A DNA stretch of 61,011 nucleotides from a virus (Duplodnaviria > Caudoviricetes): IMG/VR virus record IMGVR_UViG_3300007538_000027, positions 1 through 61,011 of that record. The stretch is one strand, 5' to 3'. The translations under genes and the position numbers were made by a program. The notes beneath the pieces were generated by a model, which saw only the letters and a program-made list of their open reading frames with translations, was not told the origin of the DNA and ran no database searches. Position 1 is the stretch's first letter. The number at the start of each line of letters is the position of its first letter. Of this stretch, positions 46,726-57,478 are shown one piece after another.

Positions 46726-47238
46726 TTACTCATCCAGTAATTGTTTGGCACGAGTAGACTGACCAATCATAGCATCCCATTCACGAGATAGCGAGTTTTT
46801 ATTATTTGGCATACGAGATAATGTCTTTAAACAATGAAAACCAGCCCCTGACTTCTCTACAGAATTAAGTCCCCACAGGGAGTTTACAAAGTAAGGGTCA
46901 ATTTTAAGTTTAACTACACCAGAATCAATCTCCTCTTGAGTCAGTTTATGTGTATAGTAGTGGTCGTAATGTTTATCAGTCCACTCAGATGATTTAATTG
47001 GTGCTTCAGCATATTCAGGTTTATCTTCTACTTTATTTGTGTATTTCTCAATTAAATATACACGATCTTCCTCCCACTGGGAAGATGCAAAGGTGTAATT
47101 TTCCGTGTCTATGTCAAAACCTGTGTCTTTTCCACAATATACCTTAACTATCACCCCTTCTAGATCTCCATCATAAGCCTCAACTCTTACCTTCATCCCC
47201 TCTTTAACCTGCCCAGCACTTAATAATTTTTGCACCAT
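46726..47238 (-). CDS. hypothetical protein (possible DUF3310/nucleotide-kinase-like C-terminal domain)
   Basis: KHY...IDPY...FH.LK...R motif; weak. Confidence 0.45.
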   Translation of the reverse strand: MVQKLLSAGQVKEGMKVRVEAYDGDLEGVIVKVYCGKDTGFDIDTENYTFASSQWEEDRVYLIEKYTNKVEDKPEYAEAPIKSSEWTDKHYDHYYTHKLTQEEIDSGVVKLKIDPYFVNSLWGLNSVEKSGAGFHCLKTLSRMPNNKNSLSREWDAMIGQSTRAKQLLDE

Positions 47239-47492
47239 TATTTCTCTCCTCCTTCGAGTCTTTTCTTAATCTGAATCAATACCTGTGGTAAAACTTCTAA
47301 CTCTAGATAACTTACCATTGGCGCAGCTTGTAATTTCCACTGTAATGCTTGAGCCATAGAATACAAGGTTTCATCCTTTTCTGCAAGTACACGATCGATG
47401 TAAAGATTAAGCTTTTCAATTGGAATGTGCGCAGTAGATGAGTGTTGCATCTGGGCACCTTGCATCATGCGGATCATTTCTTCGTGTGTCAA
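47238..47492 (-). CDS. hypothetical protein
   Basis: overlapping operon context. Confidence 0.6.
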   Translation of the reverse strand: MTHEEMIRMMQGAQMQHSSTAHIPIEKLNLYIDRVLAEKDETLYSMAQALQWKLQAAPMVSYLELEVLPQVLIQIKKRLEGGEK

Positions 47493-47812
47493 ATTATTTC
47501 TCCTCTTGCCGTAGCTAGTAATCTAAATATTTCATCAGTATTAACTCCATGTTCACACTCCATACTAATAGCTATTTCCTCTAGCATTTTATACATCTTT
47601 GGGGCGGCAGCAATTAAGTGAGCATTAGCCATAGACTCTTCTCTTTCCCACTTACACCAATAAGCTACTGTATTATGGTGATTCTTTGGGTCTGATACAT
47701 TACATATTTTAAACCTACGACCAAGGTTTTTTCCTCTAATACGTATATACTCTTTGTCATCCTCTACAGCCTTAACTTCCCAACTGCCTTTTGTGAATTT
47801 TTCTTCACTCAT
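47489..47812 (-). CDS. conserved phage protein
   Basis: KFTKG.W ... ANAHLIAAAP.MY motif. Confidence 0.7.
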   Translation of the reverse strand: MSEEKFTKGSWEVKAVEDDKEYIRIRGKNLGRRFKICNVSDPKNHHNTVAYWCKWEREESMANAHLIAAAPKMYKMLEEIAISMECEHGVNTDEIFRLLATARGEII

Positions 47813-48237
47813 TCTTTATTTCCTTTAGGTGGAGTTGGGAGTGGTTGCCAAGCTATAACATTTCCAAGGCATAACCAATCATACCCAGTAACTGTATTAT
47901 CAGACCAAAAATAAAACTCTGCTACCCATGATGTTTCACCATCGGTAGCAATTACACTCTCTGTAAGGCTACCTATTACTGGTTTTCTAAATTCATGAAA
48001 ATCCTCAATACTTAAAGGCAGTTTATCATCTACCATGATCCACTCAGATTGTGGTGAGCGAGTGTTCCAAGACTCAATAGCATCCTCTATATGGTCATGT
48101 TCACCATTATAAACACCGCAGTTATCGCAAGAATACTGAAACGAATCTTTATATGCTGACCCGTTAAGATCTACTTCTGAAACTTCTAACTCTGGATCAC
48201 AACCACAAAACGGACACGGTTTTAATTCTTCCTTCAT
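47809..48237 (-). CDS. Lar-family restriction alleviation protein fused to DUF551-like domain
   Basis: LKPCPFCG...C..C...AIESWNTR; WI.V.D.LP ... V.AWQPLP.PP. Confidence 0.75.
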   Translation of the reverse strand: MKEELKPCPFCGCDPELEVSEVDLNGSAYKDSFQYSCDNCGVYNGEHDHIEDAIESWNTRSPQSEWIMVDDKLPLSIEDFHEFRKPVIGSLTESVIATDGETSWVAEFYFWSDNTVTGYDWLCLGNVIAWQPLPTPPKGNKE

Positions 48238-48558
48238 TTAATCTACTCCTTTTGGAATTGAATCTTCATATTTTCTTAGAAATGCTAAGTCGTATTCACA
48301 AAGTAGTTTCATATCCTCTTCTACAATATCTGACTGATTTAGAATTTCCAATGCCATATCAGGTTGGTCATACATTTCAATTAGTCGCGCTAAAGCCCAA
48401 ATTACACCTTCATTGAACTCTTTCTTATCATTTTGTAATGCCCACTTCACACCTGACCTAAAACAATCCGATAGTTGGCTAGGTGTTCCCACAGCTAATC
48501 CATGATTGATAAGTCCAAGTCTCTCAACTTCAGTCAACTCAATTTTATGCATACTCAT
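48238..48558 (-). CDS. hypothetical protein
   Basis: operon context. Confidence 0.65.
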   Translation of the reverse strand: MSMHKIELTEVERLGLINHGLAVGTPSQLSDCFRSGVKWALQNDKKEFNEGVIWALARLIEMYDQPDMALEILNQSDIVEEDMKLLCEYDLAFLRKYEDSIPKGVD

Positions 48559-48559
48559 A

Positions 48560-48946
48560 TTATACTCCTCCTAATTTAAATTCATTACATTTAGTGTTTA
48601 CCCACTCAAGATAATCATTATAATCTAAGTTATGTTTACTTGCAATACTTTTATACTTAGGTGATAACATATCTTCCAATGTTTCTTCATACACCTCAGA
48701 TGGTTTGGTACTTTGGTTAAGTTTAATATCTCTACCAAGTATATTGTGTAAATCTTCCTCTGTATCACATTTACAACTACACTCAGGACAAGGTAGGTAT
48801 CCTGTACCATAGGCTGCTCCAGAGTTATAATCTTCTGGTCTTTCTGTGTAATGTACACTACAGAACCAATCAATACAGCACTTAGGGTAATTGTGAAATT
48901 CACCCCATACTTTAAAACTTTTAATTTCATCTTCGGTGTATGTCAA
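48560..48946 (-). CDS. Cys-rich hypothetical protein
   Basis: YPKCCI.WF...GTGYLPCPEC. Confidence 0.65.
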   Translation of the reverse strand: MTYTEDEIKSFKVWGEFHNYPKCCIDWFCSVHYTERPEDYNSGAAYGTGYLPCPECSCKCDTEEDLHNILGRDIKLNQSTKPSEVYEETLEDMLSPKYKSIASKHNLDYNDYLEWVNTKCNEFKLGGV

Positions 48947-48948
48947 AG

Positions 48949-49575
48949 CTAAACCTCCTTACCAATATCTTCAATTTTAATGTGGTCTTCTTTGTAATAA
49001 GAGGCACCATACTTATCACATAGTCTACACCAATTATCCCAACTGTACATAATTAATTTACCAATGGTGTTTTGTTTATTCTTAGGGTAGTACTGACCTT
49101 GCAGATATTTACCAACTGGAGTCCTATTAGGCTTCCTATGATAACCACTTCCCATTACTAATAAATCTTCTGTGTGGACACAAATAACATACTTGTACTT
49201 CATCTTCTTAGCACCTTTACTAAGTCTCTGTCCATTACATCCAATTTCTTTAGCTAAAGTACTCCAAGTTTTATCGTGGTTAGTGTAACCTCTTGTACAG
49301 TAATCTACAGCGTGTGCAATTTCATGTAACATAGTATCAACCACTGCTGGTTTATCGCTGTGACGGTGCGTATACAAGTTCACAGACACCCATTTGTCTC
49401 TTACACTACACTGACCAAAGTATCGAGCTTTGTTGTTCTGCACAATAGGTCTAAATTTAGATTCTCTCAGCATATTAGAGTATTGTGGAAAGTTCACTTT
49501 GAATTCACCTATAACTTCTAACCACAGTAACTTTAATGACTTCTCATCCCACATACATTCCTCCTTTATCCTCAA
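48949..49575 (-). CDS. SprT-like zinc metalloprotease
   Basis: GQC, DTMLHEIAHA...HDKTW. Confidence 0.85.
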   Translation of the reverse strand: MRIKEECMWDEKSLKLLWLEVIGEFKVNFPQYSNMLRESKFRPIVQNNKARYFGQCSVRDKWVSVNLYTHRHSDKPAVVDTMLHEIAHAVDYCTRGYTNHDKTWSTLAKEIGCNGQRLSKGAKKMKYKYVICVHTEDLLVMGSGYHRKPNRTPVGKYLQGQYYPKNKQNTIGKLIMYSWDNWCRLCDKYGASYYKEDHIKIEDIGKEV

Positions 49576-50103
49576 TACACATTACTTTACCATACCAGAC
49601 TATAGTGTCAACTAAATATTTAATTTATTGAGGTAGGGTACACTATATAGAGTGTAAGTTGAAGTTTACCTGTTATAACGTGTTTATAATTATTTTAATT
49701 TAATTGTTGACATTAAAGTTTAGTGAGGTAATATAGTGGAAATTAGTTGGTTATGGAGTAATGGATATGAAGAAACAATCAGAGTGGATGAGAGGTTTGT
49801 TGGCAGCGGAAGATATGGTAATGTCACATGGGGTAGATTATACTTGGAATAATATTAGATGGTTTAGTTTTAAGGGAATTCTTTTATGAAGGTATGTGTG
49901 ATTACCTAGAGAATTATAAGGAGAGAAATAAATGTCTAAATTAAAGTTGACATCATACAATTATGACGTTACTATTTATGTTCTGAGTGAAGATGAAATT
50001 GTTTAGGGATAAGTATGTACCATAAATATAGTACGATAACAAGAGTTATGGTACCGTGTTAATTTAGTGGTATTTATTATAATTTTAGTAAATAAAGGAG
50101 TAA

Positions 50104-50484
50104 GTGATGTATCCATATTATATTTTCATCACAGATAATTTGACTGGTATAAATTACCGCTGCTCAGTAGAATCCTATCGTCAAGGTATTAGCGAGGATT
50201 CTTTTAGACGAGTATTGAGTAGAACCCCGTTTAAATTGCAAAAGGAAATGGGGAGTTTGTTACCCTATAAAGTGTCACTAAGACATAGGTATGATTTTCA
50301 GTGGCAGGAAGATGAAGCTGTGCTTATGAGTACTCATAGTAACTACAACCCAAAACGTTATGCAGAAGTGGGTTCATTATATGATTTTTATGAGTTCATT
50401 GGTTATGATAAGAAAACTAAGAAGTTTAATGGTATTAGTTACCGTAAATTTTTATTAGGTAGGATAGAGGAGGGTAAAGTTTGA
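50104..50484 (+). CDS. hypothetical protein
   Basis: AAGGAG SD. Confidence 0.65.
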   Translation: MMYPYYIFITDNLTGINYRCSVESYRQGISEDSFRRVLSRTPFKLQKEMGSLLPYKVSLRHRYDFQWQEDEAVLMSTHSNYNPKRYAEVGSLYDFYEFIGYDKKTKKFNGISYRKFLLGRIEEGKV

Positions 50485-51833
50485 GTGAATTTATTTTAAA
50501 CAAAGGTCAGCAATTGGCATATGATAAAGTTGTTACAGGAAGAAATCTAATAGTTAGTGGGGTTGGTGGGACTGGGAAAAGTGTGTTAATTCATAAACTT
50601 AGGGAAGATTTCTCTAATGATACGATTTTCTTATCGACTACTGGCATTAGTGCTGTTGCTATCGGTGGTAATACATTACACAGTGGTATGTCTATACCTA
50701 TTGGACATATAACTAAAGAAAGTCTAAAAAAGGTGTCATCTGATGTGCAGAAACTATTTTCTACTGGAACGGTTAAACGTATTGTAATTGATGAGTGTAG
50801 TATGATTACTCCAAGTACATGGCATGGTTTTATTCAACGTCTTATTAGATTCTCTAAGAAAACTAAGAATCGTCCAGAGGGTGGGTTTCAAGTAATATTG
50901 GTTATGGATGTACTTCAACTAGGTTGTGTGATGCAACCTGTGGATATTAGGTTGGCGCGTGACGAGTATGGTGTTGATAAATTCTTCCTTATGGAATCCT
51001 TCAAAGGTATGGATTTTGATTTTGTTGAGTTATTAGAAGGTATGAGACAATCTGATGTTGAAATGAAGATGATGTTGGGTAGGATCAGAGAAGCCCTACC
51101 AACCTCCTATAACGGTAAAGTTCCTGTATTTGATAAGGAGGTTATGGAGGCTATTGACTACTTTAACAAGAGGGTAGTTTATCCATTACCAAAAAATACA
51201 CCTGTATTGGCAGCAACAAACAAATCAGTAGCTGCATATAACAAGATAGCTTTCGATAATAACTATAACCCTGCAGGTTGTTATGAGGCTGCTTTTACGG
51301 GTGACTTTAAGGCAGCAGATTTACCTTGTGATGAGAAGTTATATTTAAAGGAAGGGTTAGATGTGATTATCGTTAAGAACTCCCCTCGTGATTCAGAAGT
51401 TAAGTATGTGAATGGAGATCAGGCTACTGTGGTCAGTATGTCAGGTGAAGGGGTTTGGGTACGACTTAAATCATCTGGGGTGGATATTTTGATTGAACCT
51501 ACACGTTGGGAGAAACATGGGTATAGTACTGTAGTTCATGAAGACGGTACAAGTGAGTTGGTTCAATATGTATCTGGTTCAGCAACACAAGTGGCTATCA
51601 AAATGAGTGCATCAATATCTGTTCATCGTTCACAAGGATCTAGTTTATCTAAAGCAATCATAGATTTAGGTTGGGGTGCTGGTTGGTGTAATGGTTTAGT
51701 ATACGTTGCTCTAAGTAGACTTAGATCAATTGACGGATTATATCTTAAACGTAAAATACACCCAGAAGATATATCTGTTGACATGGATGCAGTTAATTGG
51801 TTAAACGAGATGAGAAATAAAAGTATTAATTAA
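50481..51833 (+). CDS. Pif1/RecD-like SF1B DNA helicase
   Basis: GVGGTGKS, GGNTLHS, DECSM, RQ, SVHRSQG, YVALSR. Confidence 0.9.
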   Translation: MSEFILNKGQQLAYDKVVTGRNLIVSGVGGTGKSVLIHKLREDFSNDTIFLSTTGISAVAIGGNTLHSGMSIPIGHITKESLKKVSSDVQKLFSTGTVKRIVIDECSMITPSTWHGFIQRLIRFSKKTKNRPEGGFQVILVMDVLQLGCVMQPVDIRLARDEYGVDKFFLMESFKGMDFDFVELLEGMRQSDVEMKMMLGRIREALPTSYNGKVPVFDKEVMEAIDYFNKRVVYPLPKNTPVLAATNKSVAAYNKIAFDNNYNPAGCYEAAFTGDFKAADLPCDEKLYLKEGLDVIIVKNSPRDSEVKYVNGDQATVVSMSGEGVWVRLKSSGVDILIEPTRWEKHGYSTVVHEDGTSELVQYVSGSATQVAIKMSASISVHRSQGSSLSKAIIDLGWGAGWCNGLVYVALSRLRSIDGLYLKRKIHPEDISVDMDAVNWLNEMRNKSIN

Positions 51834-51847
51834 TAGGAGATTTTATT

Positions 51848-52741
51848 GTGAGTGAAATAGGTTGTAATGTACCAAAGAGTAAGTTAATTCCATCTGGTTC
51901 TAGGTCTATTAATAGTTCTGGAAACTACCTAACAGTGTTAGAACGGGCTGATGCCACTAAGTCCTTATATCGGGTTTTATTGGATTCTGGGATTACTCAA
52001 ATTATGGGTTCGAAAGAGATACGTAATGGTAAATGGAAAGATAATATGTCTCCAACTTTATATGGCATAGGTTTTATAGGTGACGGAGTGCATATGTCTA
52101 AAGTAGGTGGAACCAATACTTCAACTTATGATGTATGGAGAGGTATTATGAGGAGATGCTACGATGTCAACCTCAAAAGCCACTATCCTACCTACGGTGG
52201 TGCAGGTATCACTGTTGCAGAAGATTGGCATAACTTCCAAAACTTTGCCGAATGGTATCAGGTAGAATGTCTTAAATTACCAGATATAAAATTAAATATT
52301 GACAAAGACTTAAAGGGTGGTAAAATCTACTCACCTGACAATTGTGTGTTGTTGCCATACAAGTTGAACAATTTTATCACTAATAGTAAAACTGATGGAG
52401 GTTTGGTTGGTTACACTAAGCCACGTAGTACTAAATACACAATCACACTATCAATATTAGGAAAGCAACATTATATTGGTGAGTTTCCTAATCAAGAGGA
52501 AGGTGATTATATCTATCGTGTACTACGTGAATGGACTTACACCAGACTTGGGTATATGTACCATGCACGTGGCATGATTTCAGATGAGGTGTTAAATTTA
52601 TTATCAAATCAATATAGTAATTACGATGATAATCAGATACAGTGTGTAGTTGAAGGTTATAGTAGTTTTATAGAAAAGGTAAATTTATTCCTTAGTAATG
52701 AGGATGTACTTACATGTCGGGTTAAGAAGTTACCAAAATAG
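51848..52741 (+). CDS. free-standing HNH homing endonuclease
   Basis: YDVWRGIMRRCY...YGGAGITV..DWHNFQNF..W...IDKD...YSPDNC. Confidence 0.85.
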   Translation: MSEIGCNVPKSKLIPSGSRSINSSGNYLTVLERADATKSLYRVLLDSGITQIMGSKEIRNGKWKDNMSPTLYGIGFIGDGVHMSKVGGTNTSTYDVWRGIMRRCYDVNLKSHYPTYGGAGITVAEDWHNFQNFAEWYQVECLKLPDIKLNIDKDLKGGKIYSPDNCVLLPYKLNNFITNSKTDGGLVGYTKPRSTKYTITLSILGKQHYIGEFPNQEEGDYIYRVLREWTYTRLGYMYHARGMISDEVLNLLSNQYSNYDDNQIQCVVEGYSSFIEKVNLFLSNEDVLTCRVKKLPK

Positions 52742-52776
52742 TAAGTTATATTTTATCGTCAACAGGAGAAATTAAA

Positions 52777-53019
52777 ATGTCTAAAGTAGAACAAAAATAC
52801 ACCCACCCATTACAGTCTTGTACTGCAGCAGATATACAAAATTTTCCAGATGACCAAGCACATGGTATGTCAAAACGTGAGGTTGTGTTCTTAGAGTTTA
52901 TGGGTAAATTAATTAGCACACCAGATCAATTTGATTGTACTATTAATAATAAAGTTACTAAGGCTAAAAGGTACACCAACCAATATTTTAAAACTCTAGA
53001 GGAATGGGATAATGAATGA
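52777..53019 (+). CDS. hypothetical protein
   Basis: GMSKRE motif; AGGAG SD. Confidence 0.65.
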   Translation: MSKVEQKYTHPLQSCTAADIQNFPDDQAHGMSKREVVFLEFMGKLISTPDQFDCTINNKVTKAKRYTNQYFKTLEEWDNE

Positions 53020-53248
53020 TATTCTAGGAATTATATATGGTGGTATAATGATTATTGGTGTATTATGCTACTTTGCAGCTTGGTACATGTTTTACTATGT
53101 ATTCAACTCTGTTAATAGTACTATTAACTCATGGGATCGACACTATAAATTATTTAGTGAGGCGTTAGATAGTAGTGATCAAGTAGCTGCAGATTACCAC
53201 AAGGTTGAAATGGATAAATGTAATAAACGATTGAGAGGAAGATTATGA
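53012..53248 (+). CDS. membrane protein
   Basis: N-terminal TM. Confidence 0.6.
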   Translation: MNDILGIIYGGIMIIGVLCYFAAWYMFYYVFNSVNSTINSWDRHYKLFSEALDSSDQVAADYHKVEMDKCNKRLRGRL

Positions 53249-53499
53249 TTAGTATATACGATATAACTGAAATTATAGACTCAGTTAGAATTGAAAAAGG
53301 TAATAACTTAATTAATAGTGTTTGCGATCTTACTCAAGATGGTATACGGTTTGGTTACTCCTATGATAACTATGTAAATACCAGTGTATTTGATTACATA
53401 ACATTAGGTACCCACGTTTTTGTAGTTAGAAATAGATGTGAAGATTTACTTGCAGAACTTAAAGAATTATTAATCAAGGAGGGACATTTTAGTGAATAA
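53245..53499 (+). CDS. hypothetical protein
   Basis: ATGA overlap. Confidence 0.6.
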   Translation: MISIYDITEIIDSVRIEKGNNLINSVCDLTQDGIRFGYSYDNYVNTSVFDYITLGTHVFVVRNRCEDLLAELKELLIKEGHFSE

Positions 53500-53881
53500 C
53501 AGACCATCATACTCTTACATTGTATCTCTCACTTATCATAAAATTGGTGATGATACATATGAAGTCCTAGAGGAAAATACTATTGACCTTCGTTATAATA
53601 TGCCATTTGAAGATGTGAATGAGGATATATCATGTTACCAAAGTGAGTGGATTTCTTCTACAAGTGAAGATTGCAATCTTGAATATGATGTCATATACTA
53701 CTCTGTGTTTGCAGTTACCACTTCTTATCACAAAGATTATTGGGGTGAAGTCGATCAGGATATGGATTGGGAGGTATTATCTCACATTCAACTTGATTGT
53801 AGCGTGGATGACTTTATAGAGTTTAGAGGATTAATACCGCCTGTAGAAACATCCTCAGGTACTATCCCAATTATGCTTTAA
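53492..53881 (+). CDS. acidic hypothetical protein
   Basis: operon context. Confidence 0.6.
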   Translation: MNNRPSYSYIVSLTYHKIGDDTYEVLEENTIDLRYNMPFEDVNEDISCYQSEWISSTSEDCNLEYDVIYYSVFAVTTSYHKDYWGEVDQDMDWEVLSHIQLDCSVDDFIEFRGLIPPVETSSGTIPIML

Positions 53882-53978
53882 ACACACCAAACAAGCTCCT
53901 GTAGCTATTATTACAATTAAGTGATACAATGATGCCATGTAGTATTAAAGTGGCTTAGAATTGAATTGAGGAGGTTTA

Positions 53979-54296
53979 ATGAGTAACTTCACTGTAGAAG
54001 AAACTATAACTGATAGTGTAACAGGTAACGTACTATTCACACTAGTTACATGGCAAGGAAGAAACTTCCTATACCAAGGTAATTTCACAGAGGACAGTTG
54101 GCAGCAAAATAGGATCTCCGAGTGTGTAAATGGTGACTATGTTAAGATGTATAAGAATATCAATGGTTGGTTAAATAGTGTAAATAATAGAGAGAAGAAA
54201 AAGAACTTATCTCTACGTGATAGAATTATTAGTTTACAATTGGAATTAGAAACCTGTGATAAGTTAATAAATGATATAGATTATGCTAGGAATTAG
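53979..54296 (+). CDS. hypothetical protein
   Basis: GAGGAGG SD. Confidence 0.7.
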   Translation: MSNFTVEETITDSVTGNVLFTLVTWQGRNFLYQGNFTEDSWQQNRISECVNGDYVKMYKNINGWLNSVNNREKKKNLSLRDRIISLQLELETCDKLINDIDYARN

Positions 54297-54462
54297 GAGG
54301 TTTTAATGTTTGTAATTAAAGATATCAAAAATGGTGACTATTTAGCAGAGTATTTACTGGTAGCAGCTTTTACTCCTAATGTCGTAAATTGCTTTCAGTA
54401 TAAAACACATAAAGGTGCACTTAAAGATTTACACTATTACCAGTTAGGTAGCACATGTAAAA

Positions 54463-54654
54463 TTGTTGAAGTTGATGAGGTTTAACATGACAATAGATGA
54501 TCTACTTAGATATACAACAATACACCGTGAGGTTTATGGAAGTGATATCAACAATAAATCAAACAATCATTGTTACTGGGATGAAGATTTTAATTGTTGG
54601 ATTGAAAATGATCAACACCTTAGAGATAGACTTAGACAATTACTAGAAGTTTAG
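54463..54654 (+). CDS. hypothetical protein
   Basis: GAGG SD before internal ATG. Confidence 0.5.
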   Translation: MLKLMRFNMTIDDLLRYTTIHREVYGSDINNKSNNHCYWDEDFNCWIENDQHLRDRLRQLLEV

Positions 54655-55298
54655 TTAGACAAGGAGTGGATGCTTTAACCACGACTATGGATAACTTAAG
54701 TTAATACTATAATTCCATTAGGAATAAACTTTAAAGCTACATGGTTAAATACTTAAGATAACAGATAAGGTCAAGAGAGTTAGGGATTTTCTTTTTAAAG
54801 ACTATATTTATCTAAAAGCGTAAAGAAGTAACTAGTATGTTAACCAATTAATTTAACTTTTTAGTTTACATTTAATTTTAATAGTGTAAGATGATTAGAG
54901 GTTAACATAATAAATACTTGACCTTAACGGTCTAAAGGGTTATAGTCTATTCCTAACGGAATTAAGTGTATTAGTAAGATTCACTAGACCAACCTATTAT
55001 CACTACGTTCTATACGTATGGTGTTCATCTAGTGTTGGGTAAAATAAAATAACAATTTAAAAGGTATACAAGTGATACCTATTATGTTCATACAATTATA
55101 TTAATTACTATTGTTTTACAAACACTTATTTAAATTATAATATAGTGTTAATTTAGTATATTTAATTTTAACCATTAAGAGAATAGACATTATATAGAGG
55201 TATTATTTAAAGGTATCACAATTATACTTTAATACTTGTATTGGTATCAAATATAAGCTACACTATAGTATGGATAGCGTATAATAAAGGGTCATGAT

Positions 55299-55976
55299 AT
55301 GGGGGATTTTGTATTTAAAGTAGATAGTCAACCTGAAAGTTATACTTTCAAGGTGGATGAGGACAGAGTAGCAGATATAAAAGAACACTATATTGGTGTT
55401 GCTGAAAGAGCTATTAAGCAAGAGATAAACAAGCAGAAAGCTATTGACAAAAGACTTAAAAATGGTTTAAAGTTAAATAGGGTAACATCTTATGAACTAC
55501 GTATGGTATTAGATTATTGGTTCAAGAGTGGTATGGATGTGCTACAAAAAGCCTTTAATTACGTATATGAAAATACTGGTAAACGTCACAAGGAATACGA
55601 TTGGTGTAAGAATATACCTAAAGCTAAACATTATGGTAATGAACTTATTACCGCATTGAATACCAGCGACCACCACCTTGCAATTCTTATACGCAATAGT
55701 ATACTATTTGATAGTATAAACCTTAAAAGAAGTGCTGAACTAACTACGAGGATAAGAGAGATGGACGTTATTGTTAAATTTGAGAAGGTCTTAGAAAAGA
55801 AAGATAGTGATCTTAGTGTAGCTTTGGCTAGGATAGCAGAATTAGAAGGTACTCGTAGCTGGAAAGAGATTGCACTAGAAGCTTTAGCTCTAGGTAAGAA
55901 ACAAAAAGAAGTAGCTAAACTTGTTGGTAAGAGTGTTCCTACAATTAAGCGATTAGTTGCGGATAATAAGAAATAA
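55299..55976 (+). CDS. protein with coiled coil and C-terminal HTH
   Basis: GKKQKEVAKLVGKSVPTIKRL HTH. Confidence 0.7.
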   Translation: MGDFVFKVDSQPESYTFKVDEDRVADIKEHYIGVAERAIKQEINKQKAIDKRLKNGLKLNRVTSYELRMVLDYWFKSGMDVLQKAFNYVYENTGKRHKEYDWCKNIPKAKHYGNELITALNTSDHHLAILIRNSILFDSINLKRSAELTTRIREMDVIVKFEKVLEKKDSDLSVALARIAELEGTRSWKEIALEALALGKKQKEVAKLVGKSVPTIKRLVADNKK

Positions 55977-55990
55977 GAGGAGTTGCATCG

Positions 55991-56698
55991 GTGGATAAAA
56001 AATATAGATATTATGATGATATTATTCTCAAAGAATTGTATAAAGAATTAAAACCTGTTCCTGAGATGTACACTAAAAATTATGAGGGTGAAGTGGTCTG
56101 TATGGACTTCCTCACGTTTAAAATGGTATTGAATTTGAAACCAAACAAAACAATAAAGGGATGTTCCAATGAACTGTGGAAAGTTTGTGAGGATTTAGGT
56201 TATAAACTTAATACCACCGTAACTACATCAATACATAATAAGTGGATTTGGTTTAATATCCTAGGTGAATTTAGGGGTTACCATGAAGATAATCAACTAG
56301 CTCTTGAACTACAGAGACAAGATTTGGCTAAAGAAAATCAGAAACTACTTGATGAAACAATTTTGAATGGGACCTATGGTATTAATAATCCAAAAGAAGG
56401 TGGTGGTGTATACCTATTAAGTTGTGGTGAGTATTTTAAGATAGGTCACAGTGTAAACATAAAATCAAGATTATCTTCTATAAAGACCAGTAACCCCTAT
56501 GAAGTAGAGTTGATTACAAAGTACACCCCATATAAAGTTAATAATAAATTATTAGAGCGGCAATTACATAAACATTTTAAGAATTTCCACCATATGAATG
56601 AGTGGTTTCATAAGGGGTTTACAGAAGATGAATTTATTACAGCTTGTATAAAATTTTACACTAGAACTGTAAAGAAACTTGCACAAGTAGGTGAATAA
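55991..56698 (+). CDS. T5orf172/GIY-YIG-like domain protein
   Basis: VYLL...YFKIG.S.N...RL....TSNP...LERQLH.HF......EWF. Confidence 0.8.
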   Translation: MDKKYRYYDDIILKELYKELKPVPEMYTKNYEGEVVCMDFLTFKMVLNLKPNKTIKGCSNELWKVCEDLGYKLNTTVTTSIHNKWIWFNILGEFRGYHEDNQLALELQRQDLAKENQKLLDETILNGTYGINNPKEGGGVYLLSCGEYFKIGHSVNIKSRLSSIKTSNPYEVELITKYTPYKVNNKLLERQLHKHFKNFHHMNEWFHKGFTEDEFITACIKFYTRTVKKLAQVGE

Positions 56699-56818
56699 AA
56701 TGGATTATATTTTACAAAGTAAACTTGTTATACATAATGATTTTAATTTAACGGTAGTTGCTACAGGTACTAGAATATTTAGTGATATGAACAGGTATCT
56801 TTATTTAAGGTTGTTAAA

Positions 56819-57013
56819 ATGAAAACACTTGAACGCGGAACCAGAGTAACACTACCAAATCACCCATTCCTGTCAGATGGTTATGTGATGAAGTATTTAG
56901 ATGGTTTTGGTTACTGGATTAAATTGGATAAAAAGGCACCTAATACTTATGCATTTAATACTGACGAAATTCTAATGTTCCCAGAAGATGTGGTGGCTAT
57001 AATTAAGGAGTAA
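56819..57013 (+). CDS. hypothetical protein
   Basis: operon context. Confidence 0.6.
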   Translation: MKTLERGTRVTLPNHPFLSDGYVMKYLDGFGYWIKLDKKAPNTYAFNTDEILMFPEDVVAIIKE

Positions 57014-57016
57014 ATT

Positions 57017-57478
57017 ATGAAATCTAAATTAAAATCATGGTTCAACTATATCATGTGCCAGAATGATCAACCTGTACCTGAAGAAGAAGATAGTGTACTA
57101 GCTCCTGCTGTGGAAAGTAAAATAAAAGAGCCAATACTATCCTTTGTTAGCTTCTATAAGAAGAACCACAGAAAGTTTTCTATTGACGTAGGGTATAATA
57201 AATCAGAAGATGTTACAGAGTATGTGTTGGTTGACAATATAAACAATATAAAATATTTTATTAGTCGTAGGTTTGTACCTTGCTTCTCTTCACATTTTTA
57301 TGTTTTTGAAAATTTCAGAATAAATGAAGGTGAAATTGTTAACACTTTTACAAGAGAGGAGATCGAATACGCTTTTAATCAGGTATCTTCATTTATGAAT
57401 GAAAGAGTAGAAAAACTTACTACAATTAAGAGTGCCAGAATTCGTGCTAAACTCATAAAGGTATACGGTAATGAATAG
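57017..57478 (+). CDS. hypothetical protein
   Basis: AAGGAG SD. Confidence 0.7.
   Translation: MKSKLKSWFNYIMCQNDQPVPEEEDSVLAPAVESKIKEPILSFVSFYKKNHRKFSIDVGYNKSEDVTEYVLVDNINNIKYFISRRFVPCFSSHFYVFENFRINEGEIVNTFTREEIEYAFNQVSSFMNERVEKLTTIKSARIRAKLIKVYGNE

Noticed and set aside
14213-49615. Numerous plus-strand ORFs overlapping the leftward arm (e.g. 14213..14644, 30283..30774, 38216..38494)
   Set aside because: Antisense shadows of well-supported minus-strand genes.
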